Source: a virus (Duplodnaviria > Caudoviricetes). From it: a stretch of DNA of 64,000 bases. Shown piece after piece: positions 29,166 through 38,523 of the stretch. Each line of letters opens with the position of its first letter. Within the stretch, counting starts at the first letter, position 1. The stretch spans positions 222 to 64,221 of the IMG/VR virus record IMGVR_UViG_3300029288_000175; one strand, written 5' to 3'. The notes beneath the pieces were generated by a model that worked only from the letters and a program-made list of their open reading frames with translations, did not search any database and was not told where the DNA came from. The position numbers and the translations under genes are program-made.

Positions 29166-30677
29166 TCACGGAGCCGGTGCCGCAACGGTGTAGATCGTTC
29201 CCACCGCGCCAGTCATGTCTCCGGCCATGATGGCCTTGTTCTGATCGCAGGCATGGACAGACGCCATGCCGATCGCGCCGGCAGCCAACTGTGCCGTCAG
29301 GTGCAGTTCCCAGTCGTTGCCGCCGTTCACCGTGCGCCACAGGGCGCCGTATACGTTGCCGCCGACGGTGATCTTGCCGACGGCGAAGCCGAAGTGAGAG
29401 TTGACGAACGATAGATCGTTCACCCGGTTGATCGTGCCGCCCCCGTTGGGCAGGACGTACTCATCCCACGTGTCGCCACCATCGTTGGTGTAGTGCAGGT
29501 GGCCAGTGATGTAGCCGACAAACCACCGCTTGGTATCGAACGCCCAGCAGCAGCCCGCCTCGTCTGCGGCGCGTGCCGCCGGCCCGGTGACCGTGACGAA
29601 GTGCTCGCCATGGTCGGCGCTCCACAGGATCAGGTTGTTCTCACCGACCACGAGCAGATAGTTTTCGTCCAGTGGGAAGATATCGTAGATGTCCGTCGCG
29701 GCCGGGCAGTTCAGGTCGGCCCAGGTCGCGCCCCCATCATCGCTGAAGAACAAATTCCCCATCTCGGTGCCGGCCCAGATGTGGTACTGGTCCAGCGCGG
29801 CCAGCGCGTTTGGCTGCGAGATGAACTCTGCATTGGTCGTGCCGATGTTTACGTCTGTCCACGTGTCGCCCCAGTCGTCACTGTAGGCGATCTCTGCCGG
29901 GTTACCGGCATCAGTCGTGCCGCGCCCGGTGATCAGGCGGTAACCGCTGGACCCGTAGGGGAACACCACGCACCCGCGCAGGTCCTCACTCACGGCGAAC
30001 GGGTCAGCGCCGGTAGCCGCCCACGTGATGCCGCCGTCGATGCTCTCCAGCACGTTCGCGGACACCGCGCCCGTCCGGTTGCAGGCGATGAACAGGTGAT
30101 CGCACGCCTCGGTGTACGGCCCACAGTTGCCCTGGCACAGGGGAGGCGTCACACCAGCCATGCCGCCAAGCAGGTCGTTCGGCTCGGTCGTCGTCTGCAC
30201 CGTGGCCAGGAGCTTGTAGAACGTCACCCAATCACGGGCGCTGTAGCCGAACGTCTCCATGGCGTCGTCGTTGGCCTCGGACAGGGTGGTGATGTTGCTG
30301 AGGCCGTGATCGGTGCGCCGCGAGAACAGGAGGGCCTCGCCGCGGTCGTAGTCGAACGCCCGGCGGGAGCCGCACTTTTTCGACAGCACGTAGAAATCGA
30401 GCGGGCACCGCGTGCGTGCCATCCACGTCTGGACATTGCGGACCTTGCTCTCGACCGAGAACGTCACTCGCCCAGGAGGCCCCTGGGTCTCGTTGGCAAC
30501 GTCGTACGAGTCGTGCGTGCTCATGCTCGGCAGGTACGTCTCGGACACGTCACCCTCAGAGCGCGACAAGTCGCCCACGCGGGCACATGCGAGTAGTCGG
30601 GGCACGTTGCCGGGGCCGCCAACCACCACCCACGAGGTGCCGTCGTTCTGCGCGTAGATATCGTTTAGCATAACCAT
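29166..30677 (-). CDS. major tail (tube) protein fused to a BNR/beta-propeller domain
   Basis: Tube-like N-terminal ~200 aa, then repeated SxDGGxTW Asp-box motifs. Confidence 0.7.
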   Translation of the reverse strand: MVMLNDIYAQNDGTSWVVVGGPGNVPRLLACARVGDLSRSEGDVSETYLPSMSTHDSYDVANETQGPPGRVTFSVESKVRNVQTWMARTRCPLDFYVLSKKCGSRRAFDYDRGEALLFSRRTDHGLSNITTLSEANDDAMETFGYSARDWVTFYKLLATVQTTTEPNDLLGGMAGVTPPLCQGNCGPYTEACDHLFIACNRTGAVSANVLESIDGGITWAATGADPFAVSEDLRGCVVFPYGSSGYRLITGRGTTDAGNPAEIAYSDDWGDTWTDVNIGTTNAEFISQPNALAALDQYHIWAGTEMGNLFFSDDGGATWADLNCPAATDIYDIFPLDENYLLVVGENNLILWSADHGEHFVTVTGPAARAADEAGCCWAFDTKRWFVGYITGHLHYTNDGGDTWDEYVLPNGGGTINRVNDLSFVNSHFGFAVGKITVGGNVYGALWRTVNGGNDWELHLTAQLAAGAIGMASVHACDQNKAIMAGDMTGAVGTIYTVAAPAP

Positions 30678-30678
30678 C

Positions 30679-31047
30679 TCAGCCTCCCAGTCTCCTCAGC
30701 ATGTCGTACAGGCTCTCAACCGCCACTCTGGTCACGGCCCTCTGCGCCTTGAGCGCGTTGAGTCGCAGGTCGTCTGCCGTCCAGATGTCGAGTGCGGCCA
30801 TCTCGGCAGCTACCCGCTCGCCGGTGAGTGTCGGCTGATACTCCGCTGCCCAGTCAACGCTCGCTGCCATGCCGGCCCGCAGGTCCACGGCGCTGACCGC
30901 GCCATCGGCGACCACGTCTGCCGGCACGATGGTACGGCACAGGGTAGCGCCCCCATCGCGGGCCCGCCGCTCCCACTGCACCACGACTGAGGGCCCGCGC
31001 TGTTCCACCACCGCCACGGGCACCGTCGACTTGTTGCGCATCGTCAT
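30679..31047 (-). CDS. hypothetical neck/tail region protein
   Basis: Position; GGGAG RBS. Confidence 0.6.
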   Translation of the reverse strand: MTMRNKSTVPVAVVEQRGPSVVVQWERRARDGGATLCRTIVPADVVADGAVSAVDLRAGMAASVDWAAEYQPTLTGERVAAEMAALDIWTADDLRLNALKAQRAVTRVAVESLYDMLRRLGG

Positions 31048-31574
31048 CTCCCGTGGCCAGACTTGCTGGCCCCCTCGCGCATGGCGTCTTCCATGTGCTG
31101 GCGGAACAGCGGCTCCCATCTCTCCTGCAGCACGTCTGTGAACCGGCGCGCCTCGGTGCCGGGGTGCGACACGTGCGTCCTATACAGCGTCTCCCCGCCA
31201 CTCGCACCGGCGCTGCTGCCGATCACCCCCGGCTGCGTCTTCGGCGTGAAGTTCGATGGGAACGCCAACCATTTTTTCGCGCTCTTGCCGGTCCACCAGC
31301 CAGCCCATATCTCGTGGGGCCTGGTGCCCTTGTCGACGTACTGGAAGATGCGGTTGCCCTCACCCTCGCCGGTCAGCGCCATGTAGAGCGCCGGCCCGCC
31401 ACGGACCGTGATCTGCGTCTCCCACGTTGGCTTGTGCTCCCACGTCTCGGTGCAGGAGTCCAGGTCCGCCTTCATCAGCCGGGCGACGCGGTGCAACTCG
31501 CTCAGGAACGCGAGCCGGAAGGCGTCCTGCTTCAACTTCGCCGGCTTGATCGCCTTGGCGACGAAGATGCCCAT
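31044..31574 (-). CDS. neck/tail-completion protein (HK97 gp10-like position)
   Basis: IFQYVDKGTRPH...VSHPGT.ARRF motif. Confidence 0.7.
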   Translation of the reverse strand: MGIFVAKAIKPAKLKQDAFRLAFLSELHRVARLMKADLDSCTETWEHKPTWETQITVRGGPALYMALTGEGEGNRIFQYVDKGTRPHEIWAGWWTGKSAKKWLAFPSNFTPKTQPGVIGSSAGASGGETLYRTHVSHPGTEARRFTDVLQERWEPLFRQHMEDAMREGASKSGHGR

Positions 31575-31843
31575 CAGGTCACCGCCTCGAACAGCGCCGC
31601 GTCGTTCAGCGTCAACTCCAGGAACCCGGCCAGGTCGCGCTTGTCGACCCAGGCGTACAACTCGCCAGGGAGGAACAGGTAGCGGTGGTCCGTCTCGGCA
31701 CCCACGATGACGCCCCGCCCCTCGCCGAGATACCGCACCTGCGCCAGTCCGTACTGGCCCACGATGACCTTCGGCGCGGCAGTCACGTGGCCCGTGGCCG
31801 CTGCCTGTAACCGTCGCCGCCTACCACAATACGCACATGCCAT
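31574..31843 (-). CDS. hypothetical protein
   Basis: Neck region; tight overlap. Confidence 0.65.
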   Translation of the reverse strand: MACAYCGRRRRLQAAATGHVTAAPKVIVGQYGLAQVRYLGEGRGVIVGAETDHRYLFLPGELYAWVDKRDLAGFLELTLNDAALFEAVT

Positions 31844-31846
31844 CAG

Positions 31847-32290
31847 TTACGCTCCGTACCTGTTGATCCTGTTGATCACGATCTGGGCCGCTGCCCAGTC
31901 GGTCAGGCTGTGTTCTGCCCACGTCACGTACGGGAACGACGTCCCGGTCTCGCCCTGGCAAAGTTCCAACGTGCCATCCCGGATCGCTTCCAGTTGCGAC
32001 TGCGCCCACTGGAGCCACGACGCCTTCTCTGCGTCGGTGAGCCGCGCCGTCCCGCACGGGCACCGGTTGATCACCGCGGCGATCCACACGTTGAGGATCG
32101 CCAGGTACGTGTCTACCCCGGCAGCCACGGTGCAGTTGCACGCCGCCTGCGTCGACCTGGCGACGTGAATGAACCCCGCCGCCAGGTCCAGGAACCGCTC
32201 GATGGTCGTCTGCTCTGACGGCGTCATGCTGTCCAGGCAGAGCAGCGTCGCGTACTGTTGCGCTGTGGCATACCTACCAGTGCAGGCCAC
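31847..32290 (-). CDS. head-tail connector/adaptor protein
   Basis: YAT..QY...A..WL.AIRDGTLEL pattern (Mu gp36-like). Confidence 0.7.
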   Translation of the reverse strand: MACTGRYATAQQYATLLCLDSMTPSEQTTIERFLDLAAGFIHVARSTQAACNCTVAAGVDTYLAILNVWIAAVINRCPCGTARLTDAEKASWLQWAQSQLEAIRDGTLELCQGETGTSFPYVTWAEHSLTDWAAAQIVINRINRYGA

Positions 32291-32291
32291 G

Positions 32292-32465
32292 TCAGTCCCT
32301 GTCGTGCAGCACGCGGCGCGCTACCGCCTGGTAGCACTCCGCGCCGCGGCGCTGCTGCTCGGTGTCGTGTTGTTCCTTCGGCGTCTCGTTCACGGCCGTC
32401 ACCGTTGCCGTCTCGACGATGGCCACCAGCTCCGCCTCTGCCACCTGCGCTCTGCGCTTCGTCAT
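32292..32465 (-). CDS. small hypothetical protein (57 aa, below ORF track cutoff)
   Basis: Hand translation MTKRRAQVAEAEL...VLHDRD; GGGGGAG RBS. Confidence 0.55.
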   Translation of the reverse strand: MTKRRAQVAEAELVAIVETATVTAVNETPKEQHDTEQQRRGAECYQAVARRVLHDRD

Positions 32466-32480
32466 GATGTTGCTCCCCCC

Positions 32481-32672
32481 CTACTGCGGCCGGCGGGCCA
32501 GGCGTGTGGCCACCGCGCCCTCAAGACCGGACCACGGCGCGCGCTGCGCCGTGGTGGCGTCAACCACCCGGCCCACCGACACGAGGCCGGCGGCGATCAG
32601 CTCGGCCGCCGTCTTGTCTGAGACGCTCAGCGCCCGCTTCAGTTCCGTTACCTGCCGCTGTTGGTTGGTCAT
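32481..32672 (-). CDS. small HhH-like protein
   Basis: LSVSDKTAAELIAAGLVSV. Confidence 0.55.
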   Translation of the reverse strand: MTNQQRQVTELKRALSVSDKTAAELIAAGLVSVGRVVDATTAQRAPWSGLEGAVATRLARRPQ

Positions 32673-32685
32673 CTGCCGCTCCTCA

Positions 32686-33678
32686 TCACGTCGGGTTGGT
32701 GACGGCAAGGCCGTTCATCAGGTGGTTGCCCACCCACGCATCCGTCGCGCTGGCGCTGTTGCAGTTGTCCCAGTCACCCACGCCTGCCAGCGGCAGGATA
32801 CAGCTCTGCCAGTTCTCCGTCACGAGGTTGTCATCACCGTGCGCCAAGTTGATGAAGCAGTTTGGCGCGGCACCCCCGCCTGCGGCCGTGCCGTTGAAGA
32901 AGCGGTTGCCATGTATGGCCATATGGCTGGCCTCGTCCAGTTCGATGGCCGTCGTGCCGACATCATCGAACACGTTGTCGTGAACCATTCCGTACCCCGG
33001 AGCGCTCTTCGCCGGGTCGGCGTAGATGCCGTAGTTGTCGACGTGCGAGAACACGTTGTGGTGCACGTCGGCGTAGTAGACGAACTCCAGGTTGATGCCG
33101 ATGTTCACGTTGCTGTCGAAGTGGCACTGGCGCACCGTCAAACCGTCACCCCACTCGGCAGAGCCGGGACCGACCCAGCGCGAGTACACCGCGTTGGCCA
33201 TGGCCAGCGTGCCGGTGAACGCGAACCCCTCGATCACCACGTCCGTGGCCAGCACGGTGATGGCCGTTCCCAGCGCCACCGGCACCCGCCACGGCACGCC
33301 GATGCTGGACGACGGGCACACCCCGACGATGCGGACGCCCGGCACCGTGACCGCCACCGACTCGACCACGGCAGCGACACGGCCCTCCGCTGGGTCATTG
33401 TACTGCCAGGAGTTGTTCGCCATCACGAGGATGGTGTCACCCCTATACGGTTGGCAGAGCGCCAGCGCCGCGGCCACGGTAGCCAGCGGCGCCTCGGTGT
33501 CGGTGCCATCCCGGAGGTCGCTCACGCCGACGGCGTTGGGGTCGACGTAGAAGACGGCCCCCTCGCACGTCTGCCTCAGCCCCGTCTTGTTGGCCGTGCC
33601 TGGCACCCCGAACTGGCCGGGGAACCACGGGTTGGCCCTGGTCAACGGGAGCGGCAGTGCTATGTCGCTAGCGGGCAT
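32686..33678 (-). CDS. right-handed beta-helix virion protein
   Basis: YVDP....D..DGT...PL.T..AA followed by N/G-rich beta-helix repeats. Confidence 0.8.
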   Translation of the reverse strand: MPASDIALPLPLTRANPWFPGQFGVPGTANKTGLRQTCEGAVFYVDPNAVGVSDLRDGTDTEAPLATVAAALALCQPYRGDTILVMANNSWQYNDPAEGRVAAVVESVAVTVPGVRIVGVCPSSSIGVPWRVPVALGTAITVLATDVVIEGFAFTGTLAMANAVYSRWVGPGSAEWGDGLTVRQCHFDSNVNIGINLEFVYYADVHHNVFSHVDNYGIYADPAKSAPGYGMVHDNVFDDVGTTAIELDEASHMAIHGNRFFNGTAAGGGAAPNCFINLAHGDDNLVTENWQSCILPLAGVGDWDNCNSASATDAWVGNHLMNGLAVTNPT

Positions 33679-33687
33679 GTCTGCCTC

Positions 33688-34716
33688 CTACGCGGCCGGC
33701 GGCGCGATGGTGATGCAGTCGGGGCCGATGGTCGTGCCGGGAGCCGCCTCGGTCGCCCGGTTGGCGAAGTTCCCGAGCCAGAAGTCGTTCGTGCCACCCC
33801 GGTACTCGCCGGCCGCCGGCAGGCGGTAGATGCCGCCAAGGCGGTTGCCGCTGACGAAGTTACCGTTGCCGCCGTTCAGGTCGATGGCCACCGACGTCAC
33901 CTGGTTGGTGAGCGAGGCGCCCGGCTGGGCCGCGCGGCCGCTGAACGTGCAGTTCAGGATCTCGGACGAGTTGAACCCGCGCGCCGTGCCGCCAGGGTTG
34001 GCGTCGATGTGCTCGATATTCTCCGCGAACAGGCAGTTGACGATGTGCTGCCGGTACGGGTTGGCGAACGAGGAGTCCGTGACGCAGATGGCCCCGCCGC
34101 CCGCGCGCGCGAAAAACTCGAACGTGCAGTTGCGGATGGTCACCTCGTAGGCGCCGCCGTACAGGTCCACGCCATACAAGCCGTCGCCGGCCCCGTCGTT
34201 GGCACCGTAGAAGTAGCAGTCCTCGATGGTGGTGAACACTGGGATGGCGTTGGCGTCCGCCAGGGGCGCGCCGACCATCGGCAACTGCACGCCACTGCCG
34301 CCGTTGTCGGGGCCGAACCGGAACCCCTTGACCGTCCAACCCGGCGCGTTGAGTTGCAGGCACGGCAGGCCGGCAGCCCCCTCCCAGTAGGGCGTCCTGA
34401 GTCCCGGTGCCGGCTGACCGACGATACGAACGTACTGGACGTCGTCGGCGTAGGTCGGCGTCACGACCGACTCGACGCCCATGGCGCGCACGATGATGAC
34501 GTCCCAGGACGACACCGCGTTGACGGCTCCTTGCACCGTCAGTTTGGGCGCGTCCGGGTTGGTGCCATCGTTGGCGTCGTTGGCGTTCCCATGGCCGCTG
34601 TCGGCGTAGATGATCTTGCCACGGCTGATGTTGCGTAGCCCCAACTCGTTATCGCTGCCCGGCACACCGAGTTGGCCGGGGTAGAATATCGGCAGTCGCG
34701 TGAGCGGGTAGTCCAT
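33688..34716 (-). CDS. right-handed beta-helix virion protein (paralog of 32686-33678)
   Basis: Shares N-terminal PLTR..xPGQxGVPG..N..GLR motif; beta-helix repeats. Confidence 0.8.
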   Translation of the reverse strand: MDYPLTRLPIFYPGQLGVPGSDNELGLRNISRGKIIYADSGHGNANDANDGTNPDAPKLTVQGAVNAVSSWDVIIVRAMGVESVVTPTYADDVQYVRIVGQPAPGLRTPYWEGAAGLPCLQLNAPGWTVKGFRFGPDNGGSGVQLPMVGAPLADANAIPVFTTIEDCYFYGANDGAGDGLYGVDLYGGAYEVTIRNCTFEFFARAGGGAICVTDSSFANPYRQHIVNCLFAENIEHIDANPGGTARGFNSSEILNCTFSGRAAQPGASLTNQVTSVAIDLNGGNGNFVSGNRLGGIYRLPAAGEYRGGTNDFWLGNFANRATEAAPGTTIGPDCITIAPPAA

Positions 34717-34745
34717 GCTGTCCTCCTCGTGGTAGGGCGGGGCGG

Positions 34746-35087
34746 CTATCGACCGCCGCCCCTTCTCACCCAGCCATCGAATATCTCGTCACCCTCATAG
34801 TGCCGCGTCCGTGCCTCGTAGTTGCCAGGCTGGACCGGCACCTTCTCCACTTCCTCCGGCTGCACCTGCGCCTCAGGGTTGGCGTGCAGGGCTTTCTCCA
34901 GGTCCGCCTTGCGCTCGGGCGTAGTGCTGGGGTCGTCGATGCCCAGCAGGTGCCGGTGCTCGTCTGAGCCCCACTTGATGATGCGCGCTCGCTTGGTGGC
35001 CTCGCGGGCGCGACGGCGGTCCTGCTGCGCGTCGCGCCCCTTCGTCTCTTCCACGTGCGCCGCTAGGGCGCCCTTGCCAGTCACCAT
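34746..35087 (-). CDS. hypothetical head-associated protein
   Basis: Immediately after the major capsid gene. Confidence 0.6.
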   Translation of the reverse strand: MVTGKGALAAHVEETKGRDAQQDRRRAREATKRARIIKWGSDEHRHLLGIDDPSTTPERKADLEKALHANPEAQVQPEEVEKVPVQPGNYEARTRHYEGDEIFDGWVRRGGGR

Positions 35088-35124
35088 CTCGCCTCTCTCC
35101 CCCATCAGGTCTGAGCCGGCACGC

Positions 35125-36240
35125 TTACGGCGTGGTGCCGGACGAGTAGTAGATGCCGTTCGGGTCACTGACGCCCACCAGGGTGGCCGGCGTGTTCACG
35201 CGCCAGCCGATGGTCGTCTCGACCTCAAGTTCGATGTCGCCGGTGAGGAACGATCCGGTGCGCCAGTCGGCAGAGCCCAGGGCCCCGGAGGCCGTCATTG
35301 GCACCTTGTCCGGTGCGAGCGCATACAGGCGGACACCGGGCCGGTTGGCCATGCGGGCCACGGTAACACCGGGCACGCGGGCCGGGTCGGCCATGAGGTA
35401 CCACGGAATGTTCGGCGCAACGTATGCGATATACGGGTCCTCAACGACGACCAGGGAGCCACGGAGCGGGTTGATCGAGTTAGTCGCCAGTTCGGCGATC
35501 CGCTCCGACTGGAGGATCGTCATGGCAGTCAGCCGCAGGATCGGCGGGATCACGAGGTACCGCGGCGCGATCTTGATGGGCTTGCCGCGCGCGTCTGTGC
35601 GCTGTGCAAAGGCACTGTACGCGATGGCCAGGTTCGCCGTCGTCAGGCGCCCCGTGCCCCAGTAGAGAGCACCGAGCGCGACCAGCGCCGCCTGTGTGAG
35701 CGGGTTGTCGTACAGGGCCGAGACGGCCCACGACTCGAACTCCGTGCCGCTGTCGCCCATCTTGAGCATGATGTCGTTGAAGGCGCCGATGTCGTCGTTG
35801 ACGAGGATGCGGTTCGAGAAATCGAGCTGCTTGGCGTAGTCCTCGACCTGGAGCTGCACGACGGTCTGCTCGAAGATGTAGTCGGCGTATGCCTCCTCTT
35901 TCTCGCGACGGCGGACGGGCCGGCCGAACTCACTGAAACGGTACCGCTCAGCGATGGAGTAGTCGGGCACCGTGTCAGCCTTGACGAACTGCTTCCACTC
36001 CATCGTGTTGGCGTCGTAGCGGTCGTACACGCCACGGCTCAGCACGCGGTTGAAGTAGTTCGGGAAGTCGGCGACGGTCAGGGCCTCGGTCAGCCGCGCC
36101 GGGCTGGCCAGGTCGTCGCGACGTGCCTGGATGTTCGCATCCAGGAACGGATACACCTCGTTGAGGATGGCCACGCGCGCGTTGTCCTGCGCGTTCTCCG
36201 CGAGCGCCAGCTCCATTATCGTCCTCATTATCCCACGCAT
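35125..36240 (-). CDS. major capsid protein (Mu-like prophage gpT family)
   Basis: TVADFPNYF, DYAKQLDFSNRILVNDD, IAPRYLVIPP.L...A..IL.S, WYLMADP. Confidence 0.85.
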   Translation of the reverse strand: MRGIMRTIMELALAENAQDNARVAILNEVYPFLDANIQARRDDLASPARLTEALTVADFPNYFNRVLSRGVYDRYDANTMEWKQFVKADTVPDYSIAERYRFSEFGRPVRRREKEEAYADYIFEQTVVQLQVEDYAKQLDFSNRILVNDDIGAFNDIMLKMGDSGTEFESWAVSALYDNPLTQAALVALGALYWGTGRLTTANLAIAYSAFAQRTDARGKPIKIAPRYLVIPPILRLTAMTILQSERIAELATNSINPLRGSLVVVEDPYIAYVAPNIPWYLMADPARVPGVTVARMANRPGVRLYALAPDKVPMTASGALGSADWRTGSFLTGDIELEVETTIGWRVNTPATLVGVSDPNGIYYSSGTTP

Positions 36241-36273
36241 CAGATACCCCTCCCAAGCGCCACTCCGGCGCGG

Positions 36274-36777
36274 TTACTGGATCTGCCGCACGGCGAACGC
36301 GTCGGTAACGCCGGCGATGGCGGAACCACGCGGGAAGTCGCTGCCGTTGTCCGCCTCGTCCTGGAGCATCACCACGACGCCGAAAATCGGGTTCGCCGCG
36401 CCACTCGTGTTCAACGGTGAGGTGCTAAGCTTGCACGTCGCCGGCATGCTGGCCGATGGGTCGTAGTACACGGGGTCGCCGATGTTGATCAGGCCCCACG
36501 TCAACTCGGCAACGCCGGGGTTGTACGTGAGGACGTTGCGGACGTTGTGGCGGTACACTGCGCCATCCGCCGTGTTGAGTACCGCGATCGAGTTGGTAGC
36601 GTCCAGCGTGATCACCGTGCCGATCAGTTCCGCACCGGGCAGCAGTGACGTCACCGCGGCCGGATCGTGCAGGGTCGGGGTGGTGTCTACCAGGCGCGCA
36701 TAGGGTATGCGCACCATGCGCTCACGCCCGCCCTCACTCGACTGCTCATAGTTGTATGTCGTCGTACGCGCAACCAT
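36274..36777 (-). CDS. head decoration/cement protein
   Basis: Upstream of MCP; IGDPVYYD pattern (DUF2190-like). Confidence 0.65.
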   Translation of the reverse strand: MVARTTTYNYEQSSEGGRERMVRIPYARLVDTTPTLHDPAAVTSLLPGAELIGTVITLDATNSIAVLNTADGAVYRHNVRNVLTYNPGVAELTWGLINIGDPVYYDPSASMPATCKLSTSPLNTSGAANPIFGVVVMLQDEADNGSDFPRGSAIAGVTDAFAVRQIQ

Positions 36778-36786
36778 CGTAACCTC

Positions 36787-38508
36787 CTACTGTTGCCTGT
36801 TGATGCCGAGCCGCTGGAGTGCGGCCCGCTCTCTGTCCGCCGCCGTGCTCTCCGGTTGGGGCACCCCGGCCGTCCTCGCACCGAGGCCGAACGGCGCCCC
36901 CGCCCCGGCTCCGGCCATGGCCGCCTTCATGCTGGTCGCCGCCTCGGCCACGGCCGCCTCGTCCTTGTACGTCGCCGCCAGTAGCGGCAGGCGGAACCCT
37001 TCCGTCAGGCCCGCCTCGGCCAGGATCGCCTCCACACGCTCGCGTGCTACCGGTGGCGGCGCGGCCGTGGTCGTCTCGACTGGGGGCTCCTCTGCCACCA
37101 CGTCTGCCGGCGGCGCTCCCGCGCTCGACTCAGCCAACGCCAGTGCCTGCCCGCCAGCTCCGGCCTCCACCACCCAGTCAACCGAGTGGACCCGGCCGAT
37201 TGACTCGACAACTTTGGTCTTCTGGCCATCCACCTCCCCTTCGCGCGCCACGCCACTGGCGTAGATGCTCGCGGCCATCATCGGCAGTTGGTTGAGTGAC
37301 GCCAGGTTACGCGCCCGCTCGGCAAAGTCCCCGTCATGCACGGTGACGCGGCCGACCAACGACCCGTCCTCGGCCACCTTGGTCCCGGTGATAGTGCTGA
37401 CCCAGTTGTCGTTGCGGCGGTCCTCGGGACGGTGCTCGGACTCGAACATCTTGGCCCCGACGAAGGCCGTGCTGTACTTCGCCAGCAGCTCAGGCGAGTA
37501 GTAGTGCCCGTCACGCGCGTTGCCGAAGCCGGGTTTGATGATCACTATGTCCATGCTCAGGGGCGCGCGCGGGTTGGCTGCCGCTGCCGTCTCGGCCAAC
37601 GCGACCACGTGACCAGACGCGCTCTCTGTAAGTACCTCGCCGCCATCAGGCTCGGGCGCCGCGCCCTCTGCCTTGTCACCGCGCCACGACGTGCTGCCGG
37701 TAGCCTCGCCCTTGATCCACGCGCACAGTGCCGCCGCGTCGTCGATGCCCTCCTTGCCGGTCAGGGCCGTGATGCACTTCGCCACCGAGCCGCCGGCCCA
37801 GTCGCCGAACGTGTCGATCAGCGTCTCGACGTTGCCCGGCTTGCCGAACTCCTCAAGCGCCACGAGGCCGGCGGCAGTGGCGATGAAGGCGTCCTGCCGC
37901 GCCTCCTTCTGGCGCTTGAAGTACTGAATCTGCCGCTCGCGCTCCTGCGCCTTCTCCTCGGTGTCGAACTCATCCAGTTTCTTCGAGCCGTCGGCGCTGT
38001 ACAGCACCCACTTGTCGCCCTCGTGCTTGATCTTCTCCGTGACGGGCACGTAGGTCGTGACCTGCTGCACCTTGACCGGAACATCACCGAGCGTGACCTT
38101 GATGGGCGGGCCAACTTCCCAGGTCACTGCGAGGCGCCAGTAGTCATCACCAAGGTGGAACACGATGTGGTCGGACCACGTGTCCACGACCCACGGGTAC
38201 GGCCCCTCACCCCACGGTGCCGACGCTGGGTAGCGCGCCAGCAGCGCCCTCTCAATGGCGGCCTGCAACTCCTGGTAGCTCACGCCATCAGGCATCGGGT
38301 CTGCCTCAGCCACGGCTTCGTCCTCTATCTCGCCGGCCTCCGCCGCCTCGCCATCCGCCTGCGACTTGAGGTCGGACCACGTCGCCTTCAGGGCCGCCGG
38401 CACGTCTGCTAACGCCTGCCGCACGGATGCCGGCAGCGCCTTGTCAGCCAGCAGTGCCGAGGCGTCCCGATACAGGCGCTTGACCTGGTTTTTGATCGTC
38501 ACTGCCAT
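36787..38508 (-). CDS. prohead protease/scaffold fusion
   Basis: IIKPGFGN...YYS...VDWVVEAGAGG protease core with scaffold-like C-terminus. Confidence 0.75.
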   Translation of the reverse strand: MAVTIKNQVKRLYRDASALLADKALPASVRQALADVPAALKATWSDLKSQADGEAAEAGEIEDEAVAEADPMPDGVSYQELQAAIERALLARYPASAPWGEGPYPWVVDTWSDHIVFHLGDDYWRLAVTWEVGPPIKVTLGDVPVKVQQVTTYVPVTEKIKHEGDKWVLYSADGSKKLDEFDTEEKAQERERQIQYFKRQKEARQDAFIATAAGLVALEEFGKPGNVETLIDTFGDWAGGSVAKCITALTGKEGIDDAAALCAWIKGEATGSTSWRGDKAEGAAPEPDGGEVLTESASGHVVALAETAAAANPRAPLSMDIVIIKPGFGNARDGHYYSPELLAKYSTAFVGAKMFESEHRPEDRRNDNWVSTITGTKVAEDGSLVGRVTVHDGDFAERARNLASLNQLPMMAASIYASGVAREGEVDGQKTKVVESIGRVHSVDWVVEAGAGGQALALAESSAGAPPADVVAEEPPVETTTAAPPPVARERVEAILAEAGLTEGFRLPLLAATYKDEAAVAEAATSMKAAMAGAGAGAPFGLGARTAGVPQPESTAADRERAALQRLGINRQQ

Positions 38509-38523
38509 CTCACTCTCCTACGG

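Noticed and set aside
32362-34638. 758-aa + strand ORF and many other long antisense ORFs over the structural genes
   Set aside because: Codon-aligned shadows of GC-rich genes with no motifs or RBS. This also shows that an open antisense frame alone is not evidence; the intein cases were accepted only because the alternate frame has clear nuclease motifs.
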